Shown one piece after another: positions 18,386-26,553 of a DNA stretch of 32,520 nucleotides. The notes beneath the pieces were generated by a model. That model saw nothing but the letters and a program-made list of their open reading frames with translations, searched no databases and was not told where the DNA came from. Every line of letters begins with the position of its first letter. Within the stretch, counting starts at the first letter, position 1. The position numbers and the translations under genes were made by a program. This stretch comes from Candidatus Methylomirabilia bacterium (GTDB lineage: Bacteria; Methylomirabilota; Methylomirabilia; Rokubacteriales; CSP1-6): NCBI GenBank assembly GCA_041492755.1, contig JBGPXN010000040.1, positions 1-32,520 of the forward strand. The letters are read 5' to 3'.

Positions 18386-18396
18386 CGACCCCAGTC

Positions 18397-18692
18397 ATGG
18401 AGGTGCGGTTCGGGAGTGACTCCCTGCGGCGCCTGGAGACGGACCCAGCTTATGACGGCGGGTACGCCGAAGCCATCGCAAAGCGTATCGAAGGCGGATT
18501 CGGTTCATTAAGCAAGCGCCCGACGAACGGGACCTCTACAAGATGAACTCGCTCAACTTTGAGCGCCTGAAGGGTAACCGGAACCACCAGTACTCCATGA
18601 GGCTCAACGACCAGTGGCGGTTGATCCTGGAATTTGCGGGCGCGGCCCCTAACAAGTCGGTCGTGGTGGTCGGGATAGAGGATTACCACTGA
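18397..18692 (+). pseudogene. higB: HigB/RelE-family toxin split by a -1 frameshift
   Basis: Frame 0 gives MEVRFGSDSLRRLETDP...AIAK; the -1 frame continues AYRRRIRFIKQAPDERDLYKMNSLNFERLKGNRNHQYSMRLNDQWRLILEF...IEDYH* (HigB hallmarks LKGNR..YSMRLNDQWR, DYH end). Confidence 0.85.
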
Positions 18693-18703
18693 GAGAGGAT
18701 ACG

Positions 18704-19831
18704 ATGACGACGATCCCCGTGGCGGTTCCTCCCGGAGACATCCTCAAGGAGGAGTTGGAGGCGCGCGGCTGGTCTCAGGTGGAGTTTGCCGAGATTATCG
18801 GCATGTCTCCACGTCTCGTCAGCGAGATCATCTCCGCGAAGCGCGCCATCACTCCGGCGACAGCTAAGGCCATCGGTGCAGCATTCGATACAAGCGCACA
18901 GGTCTGGCTGAACCTTGAGGCGGCATACCAGCTCGACAAGGCGGGCCAAGACGATGGTTCTGTATCCCGCCGCGCGCGCCTCTATCGGCTCGCGCCAGTC
19001 AAGGAGTTGATCCGCCGCCACTGGGTGCAACCATCGGACGACATCGAAGCACTCGAAGGCCAGCTTCTTGATTTCTTCGAGACGGACTCCCTTGATCGGG
19101 AGCCCGTGTTTAAGGGGTACGCAGCGCGGGCATCCGGCCCCTATAACTCCGCACGGCGAGCTTGGCTGTTCCGGGCGCGCAAACTTGCGCCAGCCATTCA
19201 GGTCAAAGCGAAGTTTTCAGACGCGCGTTGGACGGAAGCCATGGCGAAGCTAAAGGCATTGGTGCATGCGCCTCAAGAGACTCGCCACGTCCCGCGCATC
19301 CTCTCGGATGCTGGTATCCGCATGCTCCTTATTGAGCCTCTGCCTCACACCAAAATCGATGGCGTGTGCTTCTGGCTTGAGAACGACGAACGCCTCCCGG
19401 TCGTCGTGGTTTCGCTTAGATATGACCGCGTTGATTGGTTCTGGCACACGCTAATTCACGAGATGGTTCATGTGAAAAGCCGGCATGGACTGCATGGCAA
19501 TATCCCTCTCGACATCGACATCTTTGAGCAGACCGATGAACAGGAGAAAGCGGTAAACGCCTCAGCCGCCAATATTCTGGTCGATCGCGCCGCGCTCGAC
19601 AATTTCGTAGCCAGAGTGTCCCCGATGTACTCAAAAGAGAGGATTCGTGGCTTCGCAACGCGCCTCGGCGTTCATCCCGGCATCGTCGTAGGGCAACTTC
19701 AGCATCGTGGCCCCGCGAACGGCGGCGTCCTTTGGACGCATAGCCGCGAGATGTTGGTTCCGGTGCGTCAGCACATCACCGGGTCGGCGTTAACGGATGG
19801 GTGGGGCCACGTAGTAACCACTCACAACTAG
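18704..19831 (+). CDS. higA: HigA-type HTH antitoxin fused to an ImmA/IrrE-like (M78/DUF955) metallopeptidase
   Basis: PPGDILKEELEARGWSQVEFAEIIG...WLNLEAAY; later IDGVCFW, FWHTLIHEMVH (HExxH), EKAVNASAA and LGVHPGIVVGQLQH. Confidence 0.88.
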   Translation: MTTIPVAVPPGDILKEELEARGWSQVEFAEIIGMSPRLVSEIISAKRAITPATAKAIGAAFDTSAQVWLNLEAAYQLDKAGQDDGSVSRRARLYRLAPVKELIRRHWVQPSDDIEALEGQLLDFFETDSLDREPVFKGYAARASGPYNSARRAWLFRARKLAPAIQVKAKFSDARWTEAMAKLKALVHAPQETRHVPRILSDAGIRMLLIEPLPHTKIDGVCFWLENDERLPVVVVSLRYDRVDWFWHTLIHEMVHVKSRHGLHGNIPLDIDIFEQTDEQEKAVNASAANILVDRAALDNFVARVSPMYSKERIRGFATRLGVHPGIVVGQLQHRGPANGGVLWTHSREMLVPVRQHITGSALTDGWGHVVTTHN

Positions 19832-19843
19832 GGGGCTGTAGGG

Positions 19844-20308
19844 ATGGCGACGGTCTACACGAAACAGATGCAGCGCATCGTCAACCGGTATATCGACGCG
19901 GGGCAGAAGTGGCCTGCGACGGCACAGCAGATCGCGAAATGGGCTGTTGCTCACAAGCTGTGGGTACCGCAGCCCTCGACGGTCGTTGCTCAGTGCGCCG
20001 ACCATCTGGCTCGGGCAATGCGAGAGGAGTACATCACCGATCCGCAAGGCCGCGCCGTTCGCGCCAAGCACGCAGCCCGCGTCGAGGAAAACGGGGAGCA
20101 GACGACGCTATGGGCCGATATTCGCACGGCGCCGCGCAAGCACATGGAGCTCGCGTTCCGCCAGCGGCGCGGACAGATTCTCGGCGAGTGCAAGCAGTTG
20201 AAGTCTGACGTGGACAGCTACAACCAGAACGCCTCGCTGGGTCGGCCTATCCCGATGATTTTCGACTTCACCGACGATTTGGCGGAGATGGAAGCGCTAG
20301 CTTCCTAA
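19844..20308 (+). CDS. Uncharacterised 154-aa protein
   Basis: Clean ORF 12 nt after higA with SD-like aggg and protein-like composition; no motif that I recognise. Confidence 0.8.
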   Translation: MATVYTKQMQRIVNRYIDAGQKWPATAQQIAKWAVAHKLWVPQPSTVVAQCADHLARAMREEYITDPQGRAVRAKHAARVEENGEQTTLWADIRTAPRKHMELAFRQRRGQILGECKQLKSDVDSYNQNASLGRPIPMIFDFTDDLAEMEALAS

Positions 20309-20352
20309 TCCGGGGCATAGGCCCCCCTAACCACAAGGAGGAACGGCGGCAT

Positions 20353-20493
20353 ATGGCGAGCCAGGACCGCGAAAGCACACTCAAGGGACGCGACGCGAAG
20401 ACCGGGCAGTTCATTCCGGTGAAGGAGGCGCGAGAGCGCCCGAACACCACGGTGGTCGAGAGGGTGCCGCTTCCCGGGAAGGGGAAGGGCTAA
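20353..20493 (+). CDS. 46-aa small protein (GRDAKTGQFIPVKEA motif), missed by the ORF track
   Basis: Strong SD aaggagg; MASQDRESTLKGRDAKTGQFIPVKEARERPNTTVVERVPLPGKGKG*. Confidence 0.75.
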   Translation: MASQDRESTLKGRDAKTGQFIPVKEARERPNTTVVERVPLPGKGKG

Positions 20494-20690
20494 TTATTCT
20501 TTCCGCAGCACCGTCAGCTTCACTATAGAGGCCGTTGGGGATCGTCAGGTCCCCACAGCCGATTAGTACCGCCTCGCCGTTCTTCTCCATCCCGATGTGC
20601 GGAACGATGATCTTGCAGTCTTTGTTCTCGGACAGCAGCCAGCCTACCGATCCGCAGTAGAGCGGTTCCGCGGCGCGGCCGATCCGGTCA
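20494..20690 (-). pseudogene. 5'-truncated, frameshifted remnant of a small hypothetical gene
   Basis: DRIGRAAEPLYCGSVGWLLSENKDCKIIVPHIG...GCGDLTIP; removing one base in the G4 run (20537-20540) continues TASIVKLTVLRKE*. Confidence 0.4.
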
Positions 20691-20918
20691 ACGGCCCCAC
20701 CGGGCGCGTGCAGCCTTCTTGGCAATCGCCTGTCGCTTCTTCGGGGACAGTTTCTTCGCCCTGGCCTTTCCGCCCTTCAACCCGCCCTTGCGGCGCGCCT
20801 CGGTCGCTGGCGTGTCCGGCGCCTTCTGCGAGTCGTTCGGGCGCTCGCCCGTCGTGATGTCCAGGATCAGCTTGGCGAGCTGGTTCGGGTCACGCGGTCG
20901 CGGCGGTCGCTTGGCCAT
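20688..20918 (-). CDS. Small basic IS-associated protein (histone H1-like/KGG-like composition)
   Basis: MAKRPPRPRDPNQLAKLILDITTGE...RKGGLKGGKARAKKLSPKKRQAIAKKAARARW, just inside the right IR. Confidence 0.8.
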   Translation of the reverse strand: MAKRPPRPRDPNQLAKLILDITTGERPNDSQKAPDTPATEARRKGGLKGGKARAKKLSPKKRQAIAKKAARARWGR

Positions 20919-21017
20919 GGGCGAAGTATCGCACGCTGGCGCGTGCCCGGGATTCACGGCCGAATTTCAAACTGAACCACTACCAGCCCATGAGTGGCGC
21001 CGGGAATATGGAACGGA

Positions 21018-23219
21018 CTACTTCCCCACCTTCGCGAGGTACTCCGGGCCCACGAGGACTTCGCGGGGCTTGGCGCCGTCGCCGGGGCCGATGATGCGAT
21101 CCTGCTCCATCATGTCGATGAAGCGCGCGGCCTTCGGATAGCCCAGGCGCTGGCGGCGCTGCAGGAACGAGATCGACGCCTGGCGTTGGCCGATGACGAG
21201 CCGCACGCAGTCCCAGTAGAGGTGGTCGCGCTCCGCCGGCGAATCGCTCGCGGCGGCCTCGGCCTCGTCGGCGGTGGGGATCTCCTCGTAGACGGCCTTG
21301 CCCTGGCCGCGCAGGAACTCGCAGATGGCCTTGACCTCGTCGTCCCCGACCCAGGCGCCGTGCACGCGCATCTGCTTGTTGGCGCCGGGCGGGACGAAGA
21401 TCATGTCGCCGCGGCCGAGGAGCTGCTCGGCGCCGTTGGAATCGAGCACGGTGCGCGAGTCGACCTTGGAGGCCATCTGGAAGGCGATCCGCGTGGGGAA
21501 GTTCGCCTTGATGAGGCCGGTCACCACGTCGACCGACGGCCGCTGGGTGGCGATGATCAGGTGGATGCCGACGGCGCGCGCGATCTGGGCCAGCCGCACC
21601 AGCGCGTTCTGCACTTCGCCGGCCGAGACCATCATGAGGTCGGCCAGCTCGTCGATCACGACGACCCAGTAGGGCAGCCGCGCCTCGGGCGCGACGGCCT
21701 TGTTGTAGCCCTCGATGTTGCGGACCTGCTTGGTCTGCAGCTCCTTGTAGCGCTCGTCCATCTTGCCGACGATCCAGCGCAGGCGCGCGGAGGCCTCGCG
21801 GGCGTCGGTCACGACCGGCGAGAGCAGGTGCGGAATCCCCTCGTACACCGACAGCTCGAGGCGCTTGGGATCGATCATGAGGAAGCGGACTTCGGCCGGC
21901 GTCATCTTGTAGAGGATCGAGCAGATCATCGCGTTGAGCCCGACCGACTTGCCGGTGCCGGTGGCGCCCGCGACGAGCAGGTGCGGCATGGCCGCCAGGT
22001 CGGACACGACCGGCCCGCCCGTGACGTCCTTGCCGAGGGCGAGCGGCAGGCGACGCCGCGTTTCGGCGAAGTCTGTCGAGGCGAAGATCTCGCGCAGGTA
22101 GACGAACGCCGCTTCGGCGTTCGGCACCTCGACGGCGACGGTGCCGCGGCCAGGGATGGGACCGACGATACGCACGGCCGAGGTCTTGAGCGAGAGCGCG
22201 AGGTCGTCGGCGAGGTTCACCACGCGGCTGATCTTGATGCCGGCCGCGGGCTCGAACTCGTACGAGGTGATGATCGGGCCGGGGCTCACCTGCACGATGC
22301 GCCCCTCGACCTCGAAGTCCTGGAGCTTCTTGCGCAGCGTCTCCGCGTTCTCCTGGAGAATTTCCGTCGGGATCCCCGTCTCCGTCTGCGGAGGCGCTTG
22401 CAGCAGCCCGAGCGCCGGGAGCTGGAACGCCGCCGCACCACCGGTGCCGAAGTCGAACGTCTCCTGCCACGCGAGGCTCTCACCGCCGCCACTGCGCCGG
22501 CGGGGCTCCACCACGACTGGCGGAGGCGGCGCTTCGACCACGGGCTCGTCCAGCAGCGCCACCGCGGCCATCTCGGACTCGAGAATCGCCGACGCGGCCA
22601 CGGATTTGGCCGCCCGCGCAGGGCGAGCGCTGCCGCGCTGCCGGTGCAAGCGCGCCAGGCGCGTGCTCGCGAGCCGCGCCACGGCGCCAAACGAAGCCTG
22701 GGTGACGAAGAGCAGGCCGATCGGCACACCCGCGAGCAGCACGAGCCACGTCCCGGCGCCACCGAGCGCCGCGCGCAAACCCTCGCCGATCGTCCAGCCG
22801 ACGACGCCACCGGAGTGCACGCGCTCGACGGCCGGCGGGCCGATGGAGTCGGAGATCTGCGCGAGCAGTCCGGTCGCGCTCATGAGGAGCAGGGGGAAAC
22901 CAACGAGCGGCGGCCAGCCACGCGGCACGAGCGGCCGCGCGAACGCGCTCAGCGCGACGACGCCGAGGAGCAGCGGGAACAGGAACGCCGCGTAGCCGAA
23001 CGCCTGGAAGAGCGCCCACCCGAGCCACGCGCCCACGGGTCCCGCGGGCGACGACTGCTCCGCCATCGGCAGCGCGGGCTCGTACGCGACGAGCGCGACC
23101 GCCCCGAAGCCGGCGAGCACGAGCATCGCGATGGCCTTCACCTCGCGCAGCCAGCGGTGCTGTTCCTTGCGCTTGCGGGCCCGGCCGGGCCGGTCGTTGG
23201 AGACGGTCGTCGTCGGCAT
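21018..23219 (-). CDS. ftsK: DNA translocase FtsK/SpoIIIE
   Basis: N-terminal TMs, PHLLVAGATGTGKS (Walker A), VVIDELADLM, ATQRPS and gamma-domain SISFLQRR..GYPKAAR. Confidence 0.96.
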   Translation of the reverse strand: MPTTTVSNDRPGRARKRKEQHRWLREVKAIAMLVLAGFGAVALVAYEPALPMAEQSSPAGPVGAWLGWALFQAFGYAAFLFPLLLGVVALSAFARPLVPRGWPPLVGFPLLLMSATGLLAQISDSIGPPAVERVHSGGVVGWTIGEGLRAALGGAGTWLVLLAGVPIGLLFVTQASFGAVARLASTRLARLHRQRGSARPARAAKSVAASAILESEMAAVALLDEPVVEAPPPPVVVEPRRRSGGGESLAWQETFDFGTGGAAAFQLPALGLLQAPPQTETGIPTEILQENAETLRKKLQDFEVEGRIVQVSPGPIITSYEFEPAAGIKISRVVNLADDLALSLKTSAVRIVGPIPGRGTVAVEVPNAEAAFVYLREIFASTDFAETRRRLPLALGKDVTGGPVVSDLAAMPHLLVAGATGTGKSVGLNAMICSILYKMTPAEVRFLMIDPKRLELSVYEGIPHLLSPVVTDAREASARLRWIVGKMDERYKELQTKQVRNIEGYNKAVAPEARLPYWVVVIDELADLMMVSAGEVQNALVRLAQIARAVGIHLIIATQRPSVDVVTGLIKANFPTRIAFQMASKVDSRTVLDSNGAEQLLGRGDMIFVPPGANKQMRVHGAWVGDDEVKAICEFLRGQGKAVYEEIPTADEAEAAASDSPAERDHLYWDCVRLVIGQRQASISFLQRRQRLGYPKAARFIDMMEQDRIIGPGDGAKPREVLVGPEYLAKVGK

Positions 23220-24898
23220 CAGACCTCCAGCACGATGGGAAGGACCACCGGCTTGCGCCGGAAGCGCTCGTTGATGAACTGCCGCACGGTGATGCGCACG
23301 CGCAGCGCGGTGGCCGCGCGGTCGCGGACCTCGCCGGGATCGCGCGCCGCGAGCGCGGCCACGATCGCCGCGCGCAGCTCCTCGAGCAGCGGCTCGCTCT
23401 CCTTGACGTAAATGACCCCGCGCGAGGCGATCTCCGGTCCCGCGACCACGGCACCGCTCGCATCGACGGCGAGCGCGACGGTCATGAGCCCATCCTGGGA
23501 GAGCACCTGACGCTCGCGCAGGACCGCGGCGCCGACGTCACCGATGCCGGTGCCGTCCACCAGGATGCGACCGGCCGGATAGCGGCCAACCACGCGCGCG
23601 GCCGTCTTGGTCACCTCGAGCCCCATGCCGTTCTCCATGAGGAAGACGCGATCGGGACCGAGGCCAACGCTCCCGGCCAGCCGCGCGTGACCGAGCAGGT
23701 GACGGTACTCGCCGTGCACGGGCACGAAGTAACGCGGCCGCGTCAGGTTGAGCATGAGCTTGAGATCTTCCTGGCTCGCGTGCCCGGACACGTGGACGAA
23801 GGCGTTGTCCTCGGTGAGGACTTCCGCCCCGGCCCGCAGCAGCGCGTTCACCACCCGGCCGACCGTGCGCTCGTGCCCGGGAATCACGCGCGCGGAAATG
23901 ATGACGAGATCGTCGCGCTCGATCTGCACCGCCTTGTGCTCGGCCGCCGCCATGAGCGAGAGCGCCGAGTTCGGCTCGCCCTGGCTGCCCGTGGAGAGGA
24001 TGGCCTGCCGCCACGGGGGCAACGCGGCCACGTCCTCCAGCGGGCGAATCACGCCGTCGGGCACGCGCAGATAGCCAAGCTCCTCCGCCACCGCGACGTT
24101 GCGCTGCATGCTCATGCCGAGCAGCGCGACGTGCCGGTCGTGCTCGGCCGCGAGCGCCAGCACCTGCTGGATGCGGTGGATGTGGCTCGCGAACGTCGCC
24201 ACGATGATGCGCCCGGTGGCGTGGGCGAAGCGCTCGCGCAACGCCTGGCCGACGTCGCTCTCCGAGCGCGTGTGGCCGGGCCGCTCGGCGTTGGTGGAGT
24301 CGGAGCACAGCACGAGCACGCCCTGCTCGCCCAGTTCCGCGAAGCGCCGGTAGTCGGGCCGCTCGCCGTCGATCGGGCTCGGATCGAGCTTGAAGTCGCC
24401 CGTGTGCACGATCGTCCCCACCGGCGTCTCGATGGCGAGCCCGATCCCGTCGGCGATCGAGTGCGTCACGCGGATCGGCTCCACACGGAACGGGCCCAGC
24501 TCCAGCCGGTCGCGCGGGCGCATCGGACGCAGGTCCGCGGTCTCGAGCATCCCGTGCTCGCGCAATCGTTCGGCGACGAGCGCCAGCGTCAGCGGCGTGC
24601 CGTAGATGGGGACCGGCGCCACCCGCAGCAGGTAGGGCAGCGCGCCGATGTGGTCCTCGTGACCGTGGGTGAGGACGACGGCGCGGAAGCCATCACGCTT
24701 GGCGAGCGCGTACGAGAAGTCCGGGATCACGTAGTCGATGCCCGGCATCTCGTCGGGATCCGGGAACATCACCCCGCAGTCCACGGCGATCAGCTCGTCG
24801 CCGAACTCGACCAGCATCATGTTGAGGCCGATCTCGCCGAGGCCGCCGAGGGGAATCAGGCGGACGGCCGGCTCGGTCGGGGGGTGCGGAGACTCCAC
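23219..24898 (-). CDS. rnj: Ribonuclease J
   Basis: PLGGLGEIG, THGHEDHIG, HTGDFK, HVSGHA and PVHGE; SD aaaggag before GTG 24898; TGATG overlap with ftsK. Confidence 0.95.
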   Translation of the reverse strand: MESPHPPTEPAVRLIPLGGLGEIGLNMMLVEFGDELIAVDCGVMFPDPDEMPGIDYVIPDFSYALAKRDGFRAVVLTHGHEDHIGALPYLLRVAPVPIYGTPLTLALVAERLREHGMLETADLRPMRPRDRLELGPFRVEPIRVTHSIADGIGLAIETPVGTIVHTGDFKLDPSPIDGERPDYRRFAELGEQGVLVLCSDSTNAERPGHTRSESDVGQALRERFAHATGRIIVATFASHIHRIQQVLALAAEHDRHVALLGMSMQRNVAVAEELGYLRVPDGVIRPLEDVAALPPWRQAILSTGSQGEPNSALSLMAAAEHKAVQIERDDLVIISARVIPGHERTVGRVVNALLRAGAEVLTEDNAFVHVSGHASQEDLKLMLNLTRPRYFVPVHGEYRHLLGHARLAGSVGLGPDRVFLMENGMGLEVTKTAARVVGRYPAGRILVDGTGIGDVGAAVLRERQVLSQDGLMTVALAVDASGAVVAGPEIASRGVIYVKESEPLLEELRAAIVAALAARDPGEVRDRAATALRVRITVRQFINERFRRKPVVLPIVLEV

Positions 24899-24973
24899 GA
24901 GAACTCCTTTCGCTACGCGGTTGAATCGTAGCACCCGCCCCCAGGGCGCCCGAAGTTTTGGGGTCGGACGGAG

Positions 24974-25954
24974 TCAGCGCGCGAGGGACGTGGCCGGTGC
25001 CGGAATGGCGGCCGCCCCGTCGAAATCGACGGCCGTGGTGTTGCCCCCGCTGACCAGGACGCCGACCCGCTCACCGGGCGCCGGCACGTACGCGCCGCTC
25101 ACCAGCGCGGCCAGGGCGGCTGCCCCTCCCGGCTCGGCGACGACCCGCAGCGCGCGCCACAGCGCCTGCTGGGCATCGCGGATGGCGCCGTCGCTCACGA
25201 GCACGACCCGCTCGACGTACGCCTGCGCGATCGGAAACATCAGTGCGCCCACCCGGCGAGGGGCCAGCGAGTCCGCGGCGATGCCGCCGGTGGCGGCGTC
25301 GACCGGTCGTCCGGCGCGCAGCGCGGCCGCGAGCGTGGGCGCCTCCTCCGGCTCGACACCCACCACTTTGATCCGGCCCGCGTACCAGGCCGCGATGCCG
25401 CCGATGAGCCCGCCACCGCCGACGGCCACCAGCAGGGTGTCGAGCACGGGCGCCTGCGCAGCCAGCTCCATGCCGAGGGTGCCCTGGCCCAGCAGGGTCT
25501 CGGCCTGATCGAACGCATGCACCGCCATCGCGCCCGAGCGGGCGATCCACGCTTCGCTGGCCGCGAGGGCGTCCGCGTAGCGCTCGCCCTCGACGACCAG
25601 CTCCGCGCCGTACTCGCGGATGCGCTGGATCTTGGCCGGCGAGGAGACCGTGGGCACGAAGATCTTTGCGCGCACGTGCCGTCGCATCGCCGCGTAGGCG
25701 ACGGCGGCTCCGTGGTTACCACCCGACGCCGCCACCACGCCCGCCGCCGGAACCGGCCGCATCAAGATATTCGCGAACGCGCCCCGGGCCTTGAACGATC
25801 CCGAGTGCTGGAGCTGCTCGAGCTTGAGCACGAGCGGAAAGGACGCGAGCCCGAAGTCCGCCCCGTTCAGGGCGACCACCGGGGTGACCCGCACGTACGG
25901 CGCGATGACGTCCCAGGTCGCTTCGATGCGGTTCCGGTCGATGACGGTGGTCAC
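24974..25954 (-). CDS. PLP-dependent threonine/serine dehydratase family protein
   Basis: KLEQLQHSGSFKARGA, SGGNHG, VGGGGLIGG and SGGN motifs. Confidence 0.9.
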   Translation of the reverse strand: MTTVIDRNRIEATWDVIAPYVRVTPVVALNGADFGLASFPLVLKLEQLQHSGSFKARGAFANILMRPVPAAGVVAASGGNHGAAVAYAAMRRHVRAKIFVPTVSSPAKIQRIREYGAELVVEGERYADALAASEAWIARSGAMAVHAFDQAETLLGQGTLGMELAAQAPVLDTLLVAVGGGGLIGGIAAWYAGRIKVVGVEPEEAPTLAAALRAGRPVDAATGGIAADSLAPRRVGALMFPIAQAYVERVVLVSDGAIRDAQQALWRALRVVAEPGGAAALAALVSGAYVPAPGERVGVLVSGGNTTAVDFDGAAAIPAPATSLAR

Positions 25955-25994
25955 GGCCCTGCCTCCTTTTCGTGGATCTTGACACGTACTTGGT

Positions 25995-26069
25995 CAGCAG
26001 TGGATCTTCTACAAGCGCGACGAGAAGCGCATCGCCGCCGTGAAGCGCGCCTTTCAATCCGCCTGGTAG
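25995..26069 (+). pseudogene. C-terminal remnant of an ArsR-like HTH regulator
   Basis: QQWIFYKRDEKRIAAVKRAFQSAW* resembles the wing/C-helix of ArsR proteins; in-frame stop at 25980 and no start codon. Confidence 0.45.
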
Positions 26070-26124
26070 CGCGCACCGACCCGCGCGCCCGACGCGCCAC
26101 CCTGCCCTCGATGGAGGCCATCCG

Positions 26125-26553
26125 ATGACGTTCGACGATCCGAGCATCCAGCAGTTCCTGGTCACCAAGGACGTCATCGTGCTCGCCACCGTGGGCGCCG
26201 ACGGCGCGCCGCTGGCGACGCCGATGTGGTTCCTGCACGATCCAGCGGCGGTGACGATGATCAGCGTCGACGCGACGCAGAAAGTTCGCAACCTGCGACG
26301 CGACCCGCGGGTCTACGTGGTCGGCGAGGCCGGCACGCGCGGAGACGTCCGCGGCGTGGCCCTGCGCGGGCGCGCGGAGTTTCTGTCCGACTCGCCGGAG
26401 CGCCGGGCGCTGACGACGCGCCTGCTCGACAAGTACCACCCCGATCTCGAGCGCCTGTGGGGCGGCCGCGCCATGCCGGCCAACCGCGTCATGTTCCGCA
26501 TCGTGCCGGCGCACGTGCACGCCTGGGGTCTGGACCGGGGCTGCGCGGTTTGA
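26125..26553 (+). CDS. Pyridoxamine 5'-phosphate oxidase-like (PPOX/F420-binding) protein
   Basis: LATVGADGAPLATPMWF and KVRNLRRDPRV motifs. Confidence 0.85.
   Translation: MTFDDPSIQQFLVTKDVIVLATVGADGAPLATPMWFLHDPAAVTMISVDATQKVRNLRRDPRVYVVGEAGTRGDVRGVALRGRAEFLSDSPERRALTTRLLDKYHPDLERLWGGRAMPANRVMFRIVPAHVHAWGLDRGCAV

Larger units (their letters stand above)
17420..20984. mobile_element. IS1-like insertion sequence with passenger genes (~3.56 kb)
   Basis: Terminal IRs ggcagtgcctcagtttgaaa (17420-17439) and, reverse-complemented, ggtagtggttcagtttgaaa (20965-20984), 17/20 identical; transposase stop lies inside the left IR; DNA is visibly AT-richer than the flanks. Confidence 0.85.

Noticed and set aside
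17405..21000. Target-site duplication for the IS
   Set aside because: The left flank (cagtcgacgg) and right flank (agcccatgag) share no direct repeat.
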